Virus record (IMG/VR): IMGVR_UViG_3300023174_000040
Coordinates: 1-64,000 of that record
DNA length: 64,000 bases
Strand: one strand, 5' to 3'
Position numbers and translations under genes: made by a program. Shown one piece after another: positions 21,298-32,332 of the stretch. Position 1 is the first letter of the stretch; the number at the start of each line of letters is the position of its first letter. The notes beneath the pieces are model-generated. The model worked only from the letters and a program-made list of their open reading frames with translations, was not told where the DNA came from and did no database searches.

Positions 21298-23103
21298 ATG
21301 GAAAACAACAAACAAATTATCGCTATGCTTGATGGAAAAGAAATCCGCATCTCCAAAGAAAGAAAATGCGGAGCCTCCTGTATGGCTAAAAATGATCCCC
21401 GCCTTATTGCAAATTTAAACCAAATTGAGGCATTAAGATCTAGGGGTCCGATAAGCTCAGATAGTGTTGTTACCATACCAATAGTTTTTAATGTAATATC
21501 TAATCCTAATTTACCTTGGACAAATATCACCGATGCAAAACTAAATGAACAGGTAAATCAGTTAAATTTAGATTATTCCGGAAACAACCCAGACGTTGTT
21601 AATTTACCTTGTGTTTTTGCTCCTTATTTACCAAGTGGAACAGGAATAAGATTTGAAATAAATCAAATAAGAAGAAAGGTCTCAAATACACTTATATTTT
21701 CGAAAGGCAACTTTTTTGGCAATTGGGCTCTTCAAGAAAGTATGAAGTATGAACCGGCCGGACTTAATCCGATATTAATACTTCCTAATAATATAAAGCC
21801 TCTTAATATATGGGTTTGTCTTTTTAATAATGATGGACTAATAAGCAGCGATCCGGATTTACTAGGATATAGTTATTTCCCCGATTTTCAGGATGGTTCA
21901 GCGGATTTTTTAAGAAATGATGGCGTGGTTGTCCAGCCATACTGCGTTGGAAGCAATAATAGTCCAACCTTTTTACCAAATGGCACTTCCAGCACGTTTG
22001 GTAGGGGTCGCACATTAACCCATGAAATTGGGCACTGGTTGGGTCTACGTCATACTTGGTTCGACGATGAGGTTAGGGACGCCCAAGGCAACCATCTCAG
22101 TTGGCTTTGTAATTCGAGTCCTGATGATATTCCGCCAAAAAAAGGTCCATCATATGGGTGTCCTTCCTTCCCTAATCTTTCTGGCCACCCCGTGGAGGGC
22201 TCTTGTTTTCCAAGCTCTCCAAACGGTGATCTCACCGTTGGTCTTGGTATAAGTAAATTTCCGCTTGTTGAAGGTTCTGGTACTTTATTCATGAATTACA
22301 TGGATTATGTAGATGATTCTTGTATGATTATGTTTACCAAATCCCAAAGAGACATAATGAGGGGTTTCCTTTCGACAAGGTTTAGGAAATCATCCATAAT
22401 CAGTGTGACTTCTCCATTCCCGAGCTCTATATCTGTGCCTTGTACACCTACTATTACACTGACCAAAACAATAAGGCCTACCAAGACGCCCACGCCCACT
22501 TGCACATCCACTCTAACATTAACTCCTACTCGCACATCCACTCCAACATTAACTAACACACTAACATTAACTAAAACTATCAGGCTCACAAAAACTCCTA
22601 CTCCAACTTTAACATCAACTCCAACATCAACACCTACTCCCACACCAACATTAACTAAAACTATCAGGCTCACAAAAACGCCTACTCCAACATCCACGCC
22701 TACTCCAACATCCACGCCTACTCCAACTCAAACATTAACAAGAACAATTAGAACTACAAGAACACTTACTCCGACTCCAACGTTGACACCAACCTCAACA
22801 AAAGGAAGTTTGCCTGGTACTCCAACTAATTTAATTGTGACATCAAACGGTGCCGGATCTGTTAGTATAGCTTGGGCTGTACCATTATCAGACGGCGGCA
22901 GAACAATAAATAGTTATATTATCAGATATACCCGTGACCAAGTTAATTATAGTTATAAAACAGTGGCATCTACAGGTATGATGAATGCAACAACAGTTTC
23001 AAGCTTAGTTGTGGGTTCAACATATACATTCAGGGTCGCAGCAATTAACTCTGAAGGACAAGGGGGATGGTCGACTGGTTTTCAATTTCTTGTTACCTCT
23101 TGA
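21298..23103 (+). CDS. M43 (pappalysin/ulilysin-like) zinc metalloprotease + Thr/Pro linker + FN3 domain
   Basis: [16 protein letters not shown]; MNYMDY Met-turn; PGTPTNL..W..PLSDGG..I..Y...[14 protein letters not shown]. Confidence 0.9.
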   Translation: MENNKQIIAMLDGKEIRISKERKCGASCMAKNDPRLIANLNQIEALRSRGPISSDSVVTIPIVFNVISNPNLPWTNITDAKLNEQVNQLNLDYSGNNPDVVNLPCVFAPYLPSGTGIRFEINQIRRKVSNTLIFSKGNFFGNWALQESMKYEPAGLNPILILPNNIKPLNIWVCLFNNDGLISSDPDLLGYSYFPDFQDGSADFLRNDGVVVQPYCVGSNNSPTFLPNGTSSTFGRGRTLTHEIGHWLGLRHTWFDDEVRDAQGNHLSWLCNSSPDDIPPKKGPSYGCPSFPNLSGHPVEGSCFPSSPNGDLTVGLGISKFPLVEGSGTLFMNYMDYVDDSCMIMFTKSQRDIMRGFLSTRFRKSSIISVTSPFPSSISVPCTPTITLTKTIRPTKTPTPTCTSTLTLTPTRTSTPTLTNTLTLTKTIRLTKTPTPTLTSTPTSTPTPTPTLTKTIRLTKTPTPTSTPTPTSTPTPTQTLTRTIRTTRTLTPTPTLTPTSTKGSLPGTPTNLIVTSNGAGSVSIAWAVPLSDGGRTINSYIIRYTRDQVNYSYKTVASTGMMNATTVSSLVVGSTYTFRVAAINSEGQGGWSTGFQFLVTS

Positions 23104-23189
23104 TATATTGGATATTCACATCCCTCATTACTTGTGACGTATCTTTTGTTGTTTTATAACAAAAAATCAACAAAAAACGTATATATTTT

Positions 23190-25091
23190 ATGGAAAACGA
23201 AAAAATCGTCCATATATCCGAGAACATCAGGAGATGTGGAGTAGACGAAATAATTAGGAGAGACCCCGCTCTCAGAAGAACCCTCAAAGCAGCTAATATT
23301 CACGCATTAGAAGTCACTCTCAGCTCAGATAGTGTTGTTACCATACCAATAGTTTTTAATGTAATATCTAATCCTAATTTACCTTGGACAAATGTTACTG
23401 ATGCAAAACTAAATGAACAAGTAAATCAGTTAAATTTAGATTATTCCGGAAACAACCCAGACGTTGTTGATTTACCTTGTGTTTTTGCTCCTTATTTACC
23501 AAGTGGAACAGGAATAAGATTTGAAATAAATCAAATAAGAAGAGCAAATTCAACCAAACTTTTCTCGGCTGGCGGAACTGGCGCTGATTGGATCCTTAAT
23601 GAAAGCATGAAATTTTCTAATCAAGGAGGAATAAATCCAATATTAACGCTTGCTAATGGTATAAAGCCTCTTAATATATGGGTTTGTTCTTATAATTCTG
23701 ATGGTAATCCATCAACTGGATATGACCTTTTAGGATATTCTTATTATCCTCATTACTCCATTTACGGCTCAAATTATGCGAGAAATGATGGTGTCGTGGC
23801 TATATCCTACAGTGTGGGCAGCCGCAATAGCCCAACAACTGACCCAAAAGGAAGAACATTTTTTGGTTTAGGTCGAACATTGACCCATGAAATTGGGCAC
23901 TGGTTGGGTCTTGCTCACACATGGAACGACAACGAGGTTACAGACGAGGCAGGTAAGCATATTCGATGGGTTTGTGACGCAAGTCCATTTGATTTGCCGC
24001 CTCAAAAAGGCTATTCATTTGAATGCCCTTCTTTCCCTAATTTCAATAACATAGAAGGTGGCTGTTTTCCGAGCAGCCCAGGTGGTGATCCCACCGATGG
24101 TCTTTACACGGGCCTCTTTCCACTTGTCGAGGGCTGTGGTAGTTTATACATGAATTATATGGATTATGTTGATGACTCTTGTATGATTATGTTTACCAAA
24201 TCCCAAAGGGATATAATGAGGGGTGTCCTCTCATCAGTGTATAGAAATAACTCAATAATCAGGACGACCTCTCCATTCCCGAGTGCCATATCTGTTAATC
24301 CTTGCACACCAACACTCACTAGAACAAATACTTCCACTCCCACCAAAACTTTAACTCCTACACCCACCAAAACGCCAACACTAACCCAAACCAAAACGCC
24401 TACCCAGACTCCAACAAAAACCCAGACTTTAACTATAACTCCCACATTAACTGGAACTCCAACATTAACCCCTACATTAACAAAAACCCCAACCTTAACC
24501 AGAACGATGCGAGTTTGGCCTGTACCTGGGACGACACGTGTAACGCAAACTCCAACATTAACCACCAATTCTCAAACCCCCACCCTGACCAGAACCCCAA
24601 CTTTAACCAATACTCCGACCCTAACTAGTTCTCAAACACCAACAAGGACTAGCACACCCACTCCCACTCCAACTAATACGCCCACCTCAACTTCTACTCC
24701 CACTCAAACATTAACCAAAACAATTAAGCTTACTAAAACCCCAACTTTAACACTTACGCCGACTCCAACATTAACACCAACCTCAACAAGAGGAGGCTTA
24801 CCTGGTACTCCAACGAATTTAATTGTGAGATCAAACGGTGCTGGGTCCGTTAGTATAACCTGGTCGGCACCACTATCAGATGGAGGCAGAATGATAAATA
24901 GTTATATTGTCAGATACACCCGTGACCAGGTCAATTATAATTTTAAAACAGTGGCATCTGGAGGTCTGATGAATGCAACAAATGTTTCAAGCTTAGTGTT
25001 AGGTTCAACTTATACATTCAGAGTTGCAGCAATTAACTCTGAAGGACAAGGGGCATACTCGACTGGTGCTCAATTTGTTGTGCCCTCTTGA
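23190..25091 (+). CDS. M43 zinc metalloprotease + Thr/Pro linker + FN3 (tandem paralogue)
   Basis: [22 protein letters not shown]; same architecture as the preceding gene. Confidence 0.9.
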   Translation: MENEKIVHISENIRRCGVDEIIRRDPALRRTLKAANIHALEVTLSSDSVVTIPIVFNVISNPNLPWTNVTDAKLNEQVNQLNLDYSGNNPDVVDLPCVFAPYLPSGTGIRFEINQIRRANSTKLFSAGGTGADWILNESMKFSNQGGINPILTLANGIKPLNIWVCSYNSDGNPSTGYDLLGYSYYPHYSIYGSNYARNDGVVAISYSVGSRNSPTTDPKGRTFFGLGRTLTHEIGHWLGLAHTWNDNEVTDEAGKHIRWVCDASPFDLPPQKGYSFECPSFPNFNNIEGGCFPSSPGGDPTDGLYTGLFPLVEGCGSLYMNYMDYVDDSCMIMFTKSQRDIMRGVLSSVYRNNSIIRTTSPFPSAISVNPCTPTLTRTNTSTPTKTLTPTPTKTPTLTQTKTPTQTPTKTQTLTITPTLTGTPTLTPTLTKTPTLTRTMRVWPVPGTTRVTQTPTLTTNSQTPTLTRTPTLTNTPTLTSSQTPTRTSTPTPTPTNTPTSTSTPTQTLTKTIKLTKTPTLTLTPTPTLTPTSTRGGLPGTPTNLIVRSNGAGSVSITWSAPLSDGGRMINSYIVRYTRDQVNYNFKTVASGGLMNATNVSSLVLGSTYTFRVAAINSEGQGAYSTGAQFVVPS

Positions 25092-25138
25092 TTTTGAATA
25101 AATTTTGTATATACTTTAATTTAAAGTGGAGTTAAATT

Positions 25139-25594
25139 ATGCAAAAACATTTATCTGATCCATTGGATTGTTTAATAGAGTGGTGCGAGAACAATAGTGA
25201 GATAAAAGATAAATATCCACTTATTATTAATAATGCAAAAGACGAATTGAAAAAATTAAGAAAAAAAGCTGAGTTTTATTGCGAAAAAACAGATAAAGGT
25301 TGTTATCAAAAATCAAAAAAAATAGATGAAGAGTTTAAAAAATTCATTGAAAAATGGATCGAACAGAAACAGGCCGAACTAAAGAGAATCTCGTTCCCAG
25401 AATTCAAAATCATGGTGGATGAATATTTGGCCAAACACAATCTTAGACAAGGGCAGACAATAATGAATGTCCTTGGGGACACATACCCAGAAATATATCG
25501 TGAGATAACAGGCACAGATTTAGATTGTTTTTACAATGATGAAAAATCAAATAAGCTTTTGGAATATTTGGAAGAAAAATTAGGCGGTAAGTAG
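25139..25594 (+). CDS. hypothetical protein
   Basis: 151 aa ORF with SD-like GGAG. Confidence 0.7.
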   Translation: MQKHLSDPLDCLIEWCENNSEIKDKYPLIINNAKDELKKLRKKAEFYCEKTDKGCYQKSKKIDEEFKKFIEKWIEQKQAELKRISFPEFKIMVDEYLAKHNLRQGQTIMNVLGDTYPEIYREITGTDLDCFYNDEKSNKLLEYLEEKLGGK

Positions 25595-25661
25595 TTGATA
25601 TTTAATATTGATTTGTTATAATCAATTTTTGGCCAACGTTACCTATTATAAGGGTTATAAA

Positions 25662-25880
25662 ATGGATCACCAATATTTAGAAGAACAGATTAACAGTATT
25701 TTAACCATTTGTGATGATTTAGATTTGTTAGCCATTGGTATTATTGATGAGGACCTCACCACAGATGAAATAGCAAATATTACCATTGGCATAAGCTCTT
25801 TAATTAAACTCAAACATAAAAGATTATTCGATACTTATAAAAGAGTTTTTAAGCTGGATGAATATAACGAAAATTATTGA
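25662..25880 (+). CDS. hypothetical protein (start revised to ATG 25662)
   Basis: MDHQYLEEQ...; TTGATA-16-TATAAT upstream. Confidence 0.65.
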   Translation: MDHQYLEEQINSILTICDDLDLLAIGIIDEDLTTDEIANITIGISSLIKLKHKRLFDTYKRVFKLDEYNENY

Positions 25881-28136
25881 TTAGTTTGCTGGACAACAAG
25901 TTACTGCGACATCGCAGTAGTCAAAATTCGGCACTTCTCTTGCCGCACAATTCCATCCGGGGAGACTATCCATGAAAATAGATGTGCCCCCACAAGGAAC
26001 ATAAAACATTTGATATCCTGTACACCCCCCACAGCCCATGACCCAGGCGCCGTTCCAATAATGAGAGCAATTCTCACAGGACTGCTCAGAACAGGAAATA
26101 TTTGTATTAACCCAAACATATTCTCCCGGGTTATTATAGCCTGGTCTTGGTCCCGGTGTTTTTCCGTTTCCTGAAAAGTCGCATTCATTCCCAAGTTCGT
26201 GATATGCGTTACACCACAATGTTTTCCGACAAGACTCTTCTGACACACATCTTTTAACTCCTTCTCCAACATCGCAGCAAACAAGCTCGCCATCACAGTC
26301 GATCGTGTTTACACACGGCGCTGGCGTTGTGGTTGTTGTCAAGGAAATACACTCGCAATTTGACCCAGCTCTTATTTGTCCTTCTGGGCAAGGGTCGTAA
26401 CAATTTTCATCCACAAGAGAAAAACATGGTACTTTTCCTTCTGGGCATTCACAATTGCATCCATCCATGGGATTAGGAAAAACCTTGCCACCAGTGCAAT
26501 TTGGGCAACACTCGCAAGTCAATGGATTCAAGGTCTCCCCCTCCGGGCAAGTTTTTTGCACACTTATTTCATTTAGATAACTATAGAGAAGCGCAATAGA
26601 AGCTGCTAATTCTTGTAATCTAGTAGCTAAGGTTTTTTCATTCATTTCAAGTATGGATTGCTTAATAAATAAGTCAGCTTCAGCACTCTGTTTTATGGAT
26701 TCTCGAGTGCTTAGTTCCATTTCTTTTGCAATCACGTCCTCAGCTTTTACGTCATACTGTCGCTGCAGATTTTTTGCTTTCTCCATTCGCTCTAGAATAA
26801 TTTTGCGTATTCTATTGTCTTCATCTATTAGTTTATTTAATTCATGCCAAATAGGGTCGTTTTCTACATCGATCGTTACTCCGCTTTTGCTTAGCTCATT
26901 AATTATTTCTCGTAGTTTATTTATTTCATCATCTAGGCTATTTTTTCTGGCTATTGCGCTATTTATCTGAGCGACGAGATTGTTTATATCATCCATTAAA
27001 GCGGCCATTTGCGATCTTAATTGACTAATTCTGGTCGCCAGGGCTCTTATAGCAGCTATTGCATCATCAACTATAGCAATTAAACCTTTTATTATACTTT
27101 TAAGGTCAAATATGCTTTTCATTATAGCGCAAATGCCAGCTTTGGCCGCCGACACGCCAGAAGCAGCCCCAATTATTAGATCAATAGTTATCTGCGAAGG
27201 CTCCCAACAACCGCATGTTCCGCCAAGCAATCTTGGTGGCCCTATTCCATCCTCTGTTATCGCCCAGTTACCCCTGGTTTGATTTCCAGGGCAGGGCTCG
27301 GGTGGTGTAACAGTTAATCTAAAGTCGCACTGTCCTTGTCCTGGCCCCCATGCGTTAGGTGGCGGATAAGAGCCAATCATAAACGGGCTCAAAGAATTCA
27401 CAACGCCTGATATTTTTCCCTCTATCGCTTCTGCAGTTACATCTTCATAAGAAACTTCTTCTAATTCTTCGTAATATTTAAGATGTATTATTGCGGGGTC
27501 ATCTTCTGGATTTATATTTGAATCATTAAATGAAATTGTTATATTGCCACTAAATTCAGCATCGGTGTTTATATCGTAAATTGATATCTCACTAGATTCA
27601 GAACTTACTTTCTCAAATGTTACCTCACCTGCTTTGGTTATATTTTCAAAAGTTAATTCAACGTTATTATCGCTTGATGAGATTTGAATTTGCGTACCTA
27701 GTCCCAGACGCAAGTTATCTTTTGAGCTTGTTACTAGAATATCAAATTCTTTTCTTGTATGATATTTTGCCCCAGAGTAGTTGACCCCAACTTTATATGA
27801 AATTCCTGGCCTGTGGTAGAATATTTGATTGCTTTTAAGTTTATTTCCTTCTATCACAAATTTATCATTATCGTTTTGGCCAACAAATTCAGAATAGAGA
27901 GTGAACACCCCATTTTCGTTTTTATCTACTGTTAATGTTCCAACCTCAGTCCCGCTCTCCTGAAGCTCTTCTATTTCATTATTGGATAATGATAGATTAC
28001 ATTCTTTTTTTACTGGGTGCGATAATTTTTCAGATTGATCACAAGATATAGAAACAACTGGTACCCATGCATTCTTTACATTGGACCATTCTACTGTTCG
28101 TATAATTCCATCTTTGCCTTTGCACCTAAATGACAT
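25881..28136 (-). CDS. modular protein: cadherin-like + beta-sandwich + hydrophobic/coiled-coil insert + CxC repeats
   Basis: LSNNEI.E....GT.VGTL...DNDKF.IEGN.L; SLSPF; about 210 aa helical segment; CPEGETLNPLTCEC repeats. Confidence 0.8.
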   Translation of the reverse strand: MSFRCKGKDGIIRTVEWSNVKNAWVPVVSISCDQSEKLSHPVKKECNLSLSNNEIEELQESGTEVGTLTVDKNENGVFTLYSEFVGQNDNDKFVIEGNKLKSNQIFYHRPGISYKVGVNYSGAKYHTRKEFDILVTSSKDNLRLGLGTQIQISSSDNNVELTFENITKAGEVTFEKVSSESSEISIYDINTDAEFSGNITISFNDSNINPEDDPAIIHLKYYEELEEVSYEDVTAEAIEGKISGVVNSLSPFMIGSYPPPNAWGPGQGQCDFRLTVTPPEPCPGNQTRGNWAITEDGIGPPRLLGGTCGCWEPSQITIDLIIGAASGVSAAKAGICAIMKSIFDLKSIIKGLIAIVDDAIAAIRALATRISQLRSQMAALMDDINNLVAQINSAIARKNSLDDEINKLREIINELSKSGVTIDVENDPIWHELNKLIDEDNRIRKIILERMEKAKNLQRQYDVKAEDVIAKEMELSTRESIKQSAEADLFIKQSILEMNEKTLATRLQELAASIALLYSYLNEISVQKTCPEGETLNPLTCECCPNCTGGKVFPNPMDGCNCECPEGKVPCFSLVDENCYDPCPEGQIRAGSNCECISLTTTTTPAPCVNTIDCDGELVCCDVGEGVKRCVSEESCRKTLWCNAYHELGNECDFSGNGKTPGPRPGYNNPGEYVWVNTNISCSEQSCENCSHYWNGAWVMGCGGCTGYQMFYVPCGGTSIFMDSLPGWNCAAREVPNFDYCDVAVTCCPAN

Positions 28137-30081
28137 TTTTATCCTTTTTGCTTAATAAAAAATCACTAAATGTTTTTTGTGTATACTCTGGTTTTGGTTT
28201 GACTATCTTTGGCAAAGTGTTGAATTCTTTGTCTCTCTTAGCCAAATCCCCCTTGACAGTTAGATCAAATATTTGGCTCAATCTCTTCATATAAGCATCC
28301 CAATTTTTATCAAGTTGTTTTATTTGGGCTATTATCTTAGATTTATTGTTATAGTCTAGGTGCTGGAAACTCTTGGAAAATTTAACGTAAACATATCCTG
28401 TTAGTTTCCGGTTAGTTCCACTGTGCCAACCTTGTGTGGTGTTTTTAGGCATGTACAAAATTATGCTTTTAGGATCAATAAATGGGATTGCTTTTACCGA
28501 AGGGTTGTTAAAGATTTCATCTTTTAGCACGCCTAGATATATGTCGTATTCACGATCAATTTTAACTGGAGAGCTATTTGGTCCGTCTATTGGATAATCT
28601 TTTAGATAACCTATTTTTTCCGGGCTACTATACATTGTGATGTCGCCTTCTTCATCATCGATTTCTACTTCAAAGTTTTTAAAGTCGAAATCAGTTTTTG
28701 GGCTTTTCATGTAACCCTCTTTTATCAATTTTGCATAAACTTTTTGAACATGAGTTTCATAGTTTTTGTCTAGAACATCTATGTAATCTAAAAATTGTTC
28801 TAATGCTGTGAGTTGATCATTTGCACGATCTTCATCATCTATGGATAGATTTACTACGTGATATTCTTTTTTGCCTTGTTGATGATCATCCCAATTAATA
28901 TCACTTATTGAGTATATATCAATTGATCTTTTTATCATACTCTCTAGATCTCTACCATCCCTCCAATTTTCTCTTGCTTTTTCAAATTTATCAGTAGTTT
29001 CCCTGGTTGGTATTGTAAAACTCACACTTGCACTATAATGTAAATACGCTCCGCCTTCTCCATCAAAATCATCAGTAACATCATGATAAACATGAAAATG
29101 TTTCCAGTTAGCACTATGTTCTCTTATTTGTTGTTCTGCTAACTCCTCAATATCATCTGCACTAGTTGGATCTTTACGTTCTTCTTTTTCATCCTTGCTA
29201 GTTTTTCTTGCGCCCGCAAATTTTTTATCAAAAAATTCTCCCCAAATTTTGTCTGCGGGAGTGTCTTGATAAGTTCCGCCTTTTAGATCAAACTTATCGT
29301 AATCTTCTTCTGGGTTTATGTCTTTTATAACATCTGATTGAGCGGATTTGGCCCAGTTTTTAACAGCATCGTAAAATCCTATATGATCTATGCCATACGT
29401 GCTAATCTCGGGGGCCAGCAGATCTATTTCACCTTTGTTAAATCTTCTAAGTCTCAATCTTTCAAGTGGAACTATTCCGTCTATTTTTCTGTCTTTGTCT
29501 TTGAATAATTCAGATTTTTGTATATCCACACCAGCTAAATCTGAGTTCTTAACAACATAAGCTATAGCACCACCAGTTCTTGCTTCTTGTTTAGCGCATT
29601 TAAAATGAGATCTCTTTGGGTCATGGCAGCTTGTAATATTGTCATGGTCGCTCATTCTCACTAGATCAATTGGGCTTCTGCTTATTATGATGCTTGCGCC
29701 TGTTTGCGAATTTTTAAGATGAGAACTATTTTTTTGCCACCAATCCAATAATTCTTCGGCTTTATTTGATGGTGGTGTTTTAAAGTTTATTGCGCTCTGC
29801 AATGCTTTTCCTACTTTTTCTGGTCTATTTTTGTCGCCTTCTTTTGTTTTTATTTTTTTATAGACTATTTTTTTTTCAACCAAATCTCCGTAATCAACTG
29901 TGTAACCCAGATTTTCAAGCAGTTTTATTAATTCCTGCAGTTCTTTGTTTGAATCCAATGGTATCAATACTCTTAGTTTATCTTTGAATATATTATTAAA
30001 TAATAAGTCTCTCTCTGGTTCTATGCCGGCAAGACTTTTGATCTCATTGATATTTTGTTCTAGCCAATTCTTAAAATTCAT
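28126..30081 (-). CDS. large phage hypothetical protein with CTS-like N-terminus
   Basis: MNFKNWLEQ start; SRSPIDLVRMSD..ITSCH motif. Confidence 0.8.
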   Translation of the reverse strand: MNFKNWLEQNINEIKSLAGIEPERDLLFNNIFKDKLRVLIPLDSNKELQELIKLLENLGYTVDYGDLVEKKIVYKKIKTKEGDKNRPEKVGKALQSAINFKTPPSNKAEELLDWWQKNSSHLKNSQTGASIIISRSPIDLVRMSDHDNITSCHDPKRSHFKCAKQEARTGGAIAYVVKNSDLAGVDIQKSELFKDKDRKIDGIVPLERLRLRRFNKGEIDLLAPEISTYGIDHIGFYDAVKNWAKSAQSDVIKDINPEEDYDKFDLKGGTYQDTPADKIWGEFFDKKFAGARKTSKDEKEERKDPTSADDIEELAEQQIREHSANWKHFHVYHDVTDDFDGEGGAYLHYSASVSFTIPTRETTDKFEKARENWRDGRDLESMIKRSIDIYSISDINWDDHQQGKKEYHVVNLSIDDEDRANDQLTALEQFLDYIDVLDKNYETHVQKVYAKLIKEGYMKSPKTDFDFKNFEVEIDDEEGDITMYSSPEKIGYLKDYPIDGPNSSPVKIDREYDIYLGVLKDEIFNNPSVKAIPFIDPKSIILYMPKNTTQGWHSGTNRKLTGYVYVKFSKSFQHLDYNNKSKIIAQIKQLDKNWDAYMKRLSQIFDLTVKGDLAKRDKEFNTLPKIVKPKPEYTQKTFSDFLLSKKDKNVI

Positions 30082-30092
30082 ATAAATATGTA

Positions 30093-30121
30093 TTGAAAAA
30101 ACTGATTTTTTTTGGTATAAT
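30093..30121 (+). promoter_or_regulatory. sigma70-type promoter
   Basis: TTGAAA-17-TATAAT with an extended -10 (TGG). Confidence 0.6.
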
Positions 30122-30154
30122 TTTATCTCAAGCCAGGTTAAAAAAGGTTTAATT

Positions 30155-30745
30155 ATGGGTATGTTTGACTATTTAATTTGTCAAGGGCAATTACCTATTT
30201 CTGACGAATTAAAGGATTTTAAAGTGGATTGGGATAGAGAGGTATTTCAGACAAAAAGTTTGGACAAACTCCTTTTTACCTATCTTATCTCTAAAGATGG
30301 TTATTTATATCGTGATGCTAATCCTAAAAAAGTGGCAGAGAATTCCGCCATCCCTTTTAGCACGGGACTCGCCTTTAACTTTCACGAAGATAATTGGGGA
30401 TTGGATTGCCCGGAAAAAGAAAGAGCCAACGGCTTAGAAGACGCTTTAGCTTTAATAGATTATAAGATTGAATATCACGGCTATATTATATTTTATACTA
30501 TAATTCACGATTTAAAGCATGGGTATTTAAATAAAGATTGTAGGGTAGAATTTATGGCTAAGTTCACTGATGGAAAGCTTCAAAATATAGAAGTTAAAAA
30601 ATTAGATTGGTATAGAGCCGAATCAGAATGTAAAAAAATTCATCTTGTTAAAAAAAGAGGGTTTCTCGGGAACCTTATTATTGAAACTGGTTTATTTTTG
30701 TCTAGAATTAGTCACAAAATCATTAAACTTGGTTATTGGATATGA
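30155..30745 (+). CDS. phage hypothetical protein
   Basis: MGMFDYLIC...FQTKSLD...Y.I..DG.L pattern typical of a phage small-protein family. Confidence 0.7.
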   Translation: MGMFDYLICQGQLPISDELKDFKVDWDREVFQTKSLDKLLFTYLISKDGYLYRDANPKKVAENSAIPFSTGLAFNFHEDNWGLDCPEKERANGLEDALALIDYKIEYHGYIIFYTIIHDLKHGYLNKDCRVEFMAKFTDGKLQNIEVKKLDWYRAESECKKIHLVKKRGFLGNLIIETGLFLSRISHKIIKLGYWI

Positions 30746-30930
30746 TTGAAAGAAAAAGAGTTATGCCCAGCTTCTGGGTGTTTTTGTCAATTATAGGACT
30801 ATTAATTAGTTCTATTTCTATATATGAAAATATTTTACTCTATAATAGATTTATAATTTTAAAAGAAGAGTATATTAAATTACAAAAAAAATATAATGAA
30901 CCAAATTTATCGATTTTTGACAAAACCTAA
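30736..30930 (+). CDS. small membrane protein
   Basis: One hydrophobic segment; overlapping operon arrangement. Confidence 0.55.
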   Translation: MDMIERKRVMPSFWVFLSIIGLLISSISIYENILLYNRFIILKEEYIKLQKKYNEPNLSIFDKT

Positions 30931-31090
30931 AATAGTTGTTATACTTTTTTTACTGGCATATATAACGGCTGTTTTTCCAATGATTTTTGGTTTTATTTTG
31001 CCGATGAAAATTTTTGTTACTATTTCGCAATTTTTGATTACACCTCTCCTTTTTTACTGTCTTTTTCTAATGCTTTTGAAGTTAACATGA
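30896..31090 (+). CDS. small membrane protein (2 TM)
   Basis: Two hydrophobic segments. Confidence 0.55.
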   Translation: MNQIYRFLTKPKIVVILFLLAYITAVFPMIFGFILPMKIFVTISQFLITPLLFYCLFLMLLKLT

Positions 31091-31269
31091 GTGGCATTAA
31101 AGTTTTAATAGATACCAAAAACTACGACAATCAGCCAATAAATGGCTTTGGCTATATTCTTAGAAGATTAAATGCCCAAGCATATGAGATATGGCTAGAA
31201 GGAATGGAAACGGTGCTGGTTTTACATCCCGACGAATTCAAGGAGATTGAAGAAAATGGAAATATTTAA
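31087..31269 (+). CDS. hypothetical protein
   Basis: ATGA overlap with the upstream gene. Confidence 0.6.
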   Translation: MSGIKVLIDTKNYDNQPINGFGYILRRLNAQAYEIWLEGMETVLVLHPDEFKEIEENGNI

Positions 31270-31453
31270 TAAGTACCCAGATATTAGTATCAATGCTGAT
31301 ATGATAGATGATAACTACAGAGTCACATACACAGAAGTTGTCGAAGATTTCGGTAGGTATTTTTTTGTAAAGAAACAGGTAAAATTATCCAAACATCAAA
31401 TTGAAAGAATGGTTGAAAGAATATTAGAGGAATGTGAAAATAAGAAACAATAA
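31247..31453 (+). CDS. hypothetical protein
   Basis: Operon continuity. Confidence 0.55.
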   Translation: MKKMEIFNKYPDISINADMIDDNYRVTYTEVVEDFGRYFFVKKQVKLSKHQIERMVERILEECENKKQ

Positions 31454-31485
31454 TTACTCCTGTGAATTAAAAGAAAGGCAAATAT

Positions 31486-31581
31486 ATGAACGGAAAAGGT
31501 GATTCCCCAAGACCTAAAACCGTGACTCAAGAGGTTTGGGATAAAAATTGGATTAAAATATTCAAAAAAAAGCCTAAATAA
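31486..31581 (+). CDS. 31-aa small phage protein (not in the ORF track)
   Basis: MNGKGDSPRPKTVTQEVWDKNWIKIFKKKPK resembles the GKG..PRP......NW..IF phage peptide family; SD GAAAGG. Confidence 0.7.
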   Translation: MNGKGDSPRPKTVTQEVWDKNWIKIFKKKPK

Positions 31582-31587
31582 CTTATT

Positions 31588-31800
31588 GTGAAAGAAAATA
31601 ATATATTTTCAGTGGGTTTGGTGGGTGGACCTCTTTGCGGCCAGGCTGTGACAAGCAAAGATGGAAGGATGCCAAATATTCTCCCTATCCCATATAAAAG
31701 AAAAAAATATACCTATAAATTAAAAATAAACAATAAATCAAAAGATTACACAGAGATATACTATCAATATTATGTAGAAAAAGGAATGGACAATGGGTGA
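31588..31800 (+). CDS. hypothetical protein
   Basis: GTG start; GGPLCGQ motif. Confidence 0.55.
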   Translation: MKENNIFSVGLVGGPLCGQAVTSKDGRMPNILPIPYKRKKYTYKLKINNKSKDYTEIYYQYYVEKGMDNG

Positions 31801-32332
31801 ATTATCTGAATTATCAAAAAACTACGGTACCGATAAGAACACATTGCATTGTTATATTGATGAAGTCTATGAAAAGGTGTTCCCAAGTAGAAAGAACTCG
31901 GCCAAAAAGGTTCTTGAAATTGGTGTCTATAATGGAGAAAGTATAAGGTTGTGGAGAGATTATTTTATCAATGCAGAAATTTATGGTCTAGATATCTCGG
32001 AGTGCAGTGCGATTAAAAACTCAGACAGAATAACCCATGTTGTAAATGATGCTTATGATAAGAGTGTTATAGACTCTCTTCCAAATGATTTTGATATTGT
32101 TATTGACGACGGCCCCCACTCACTAGAGAGTATGAAGATATTTTTAAAAGAATATTCGAGCAAAATTAATCCGAATGGTGTGCTAATTTTAGAGGACATT
32201 CAACACTATAGTTGGCTGGATGAATTGAGAGAAGAAGCACCAGAACATCTTAAAAATAAAATTCAATTTTATGATCTAAGAAAAATAAAAGATAGATACG
32301 ATGATCTTGTTATGGTGATTGATCTAAGATGA
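31793..32332 (+). CDS. class I SAM-dependent methyltransferase (sugar O-methyltransferase-like)
   Basis: GTDK...H.Y; VLEIGVYNGES..LW..YF; GLDI; FDIVIDDGPH; ILEDI. Confidence 0.85.
   Translation: MGELSELSKNYGTDKNTLHCYIDEVYEKVFPSRKNSAKKVLEIGVYNGESIRLWRDYFINAEIYGLDISECSAIKNSDRITHVVNDAYDKSVIDSLPNDFDIVIDDGPHSLESMKIFLKEYSSKINPNGVLILEDIQHYSWLDELREEAPEHLKNKIQFYDLRKIKDRYDDLVMVIDLR

Noticed and set aside
6455-25091. Diversity-generating retroelement behind the paralogous segments
   Set aside because: No reverse transcriptase is in the window, and the differences I compared are not adenine-specific.
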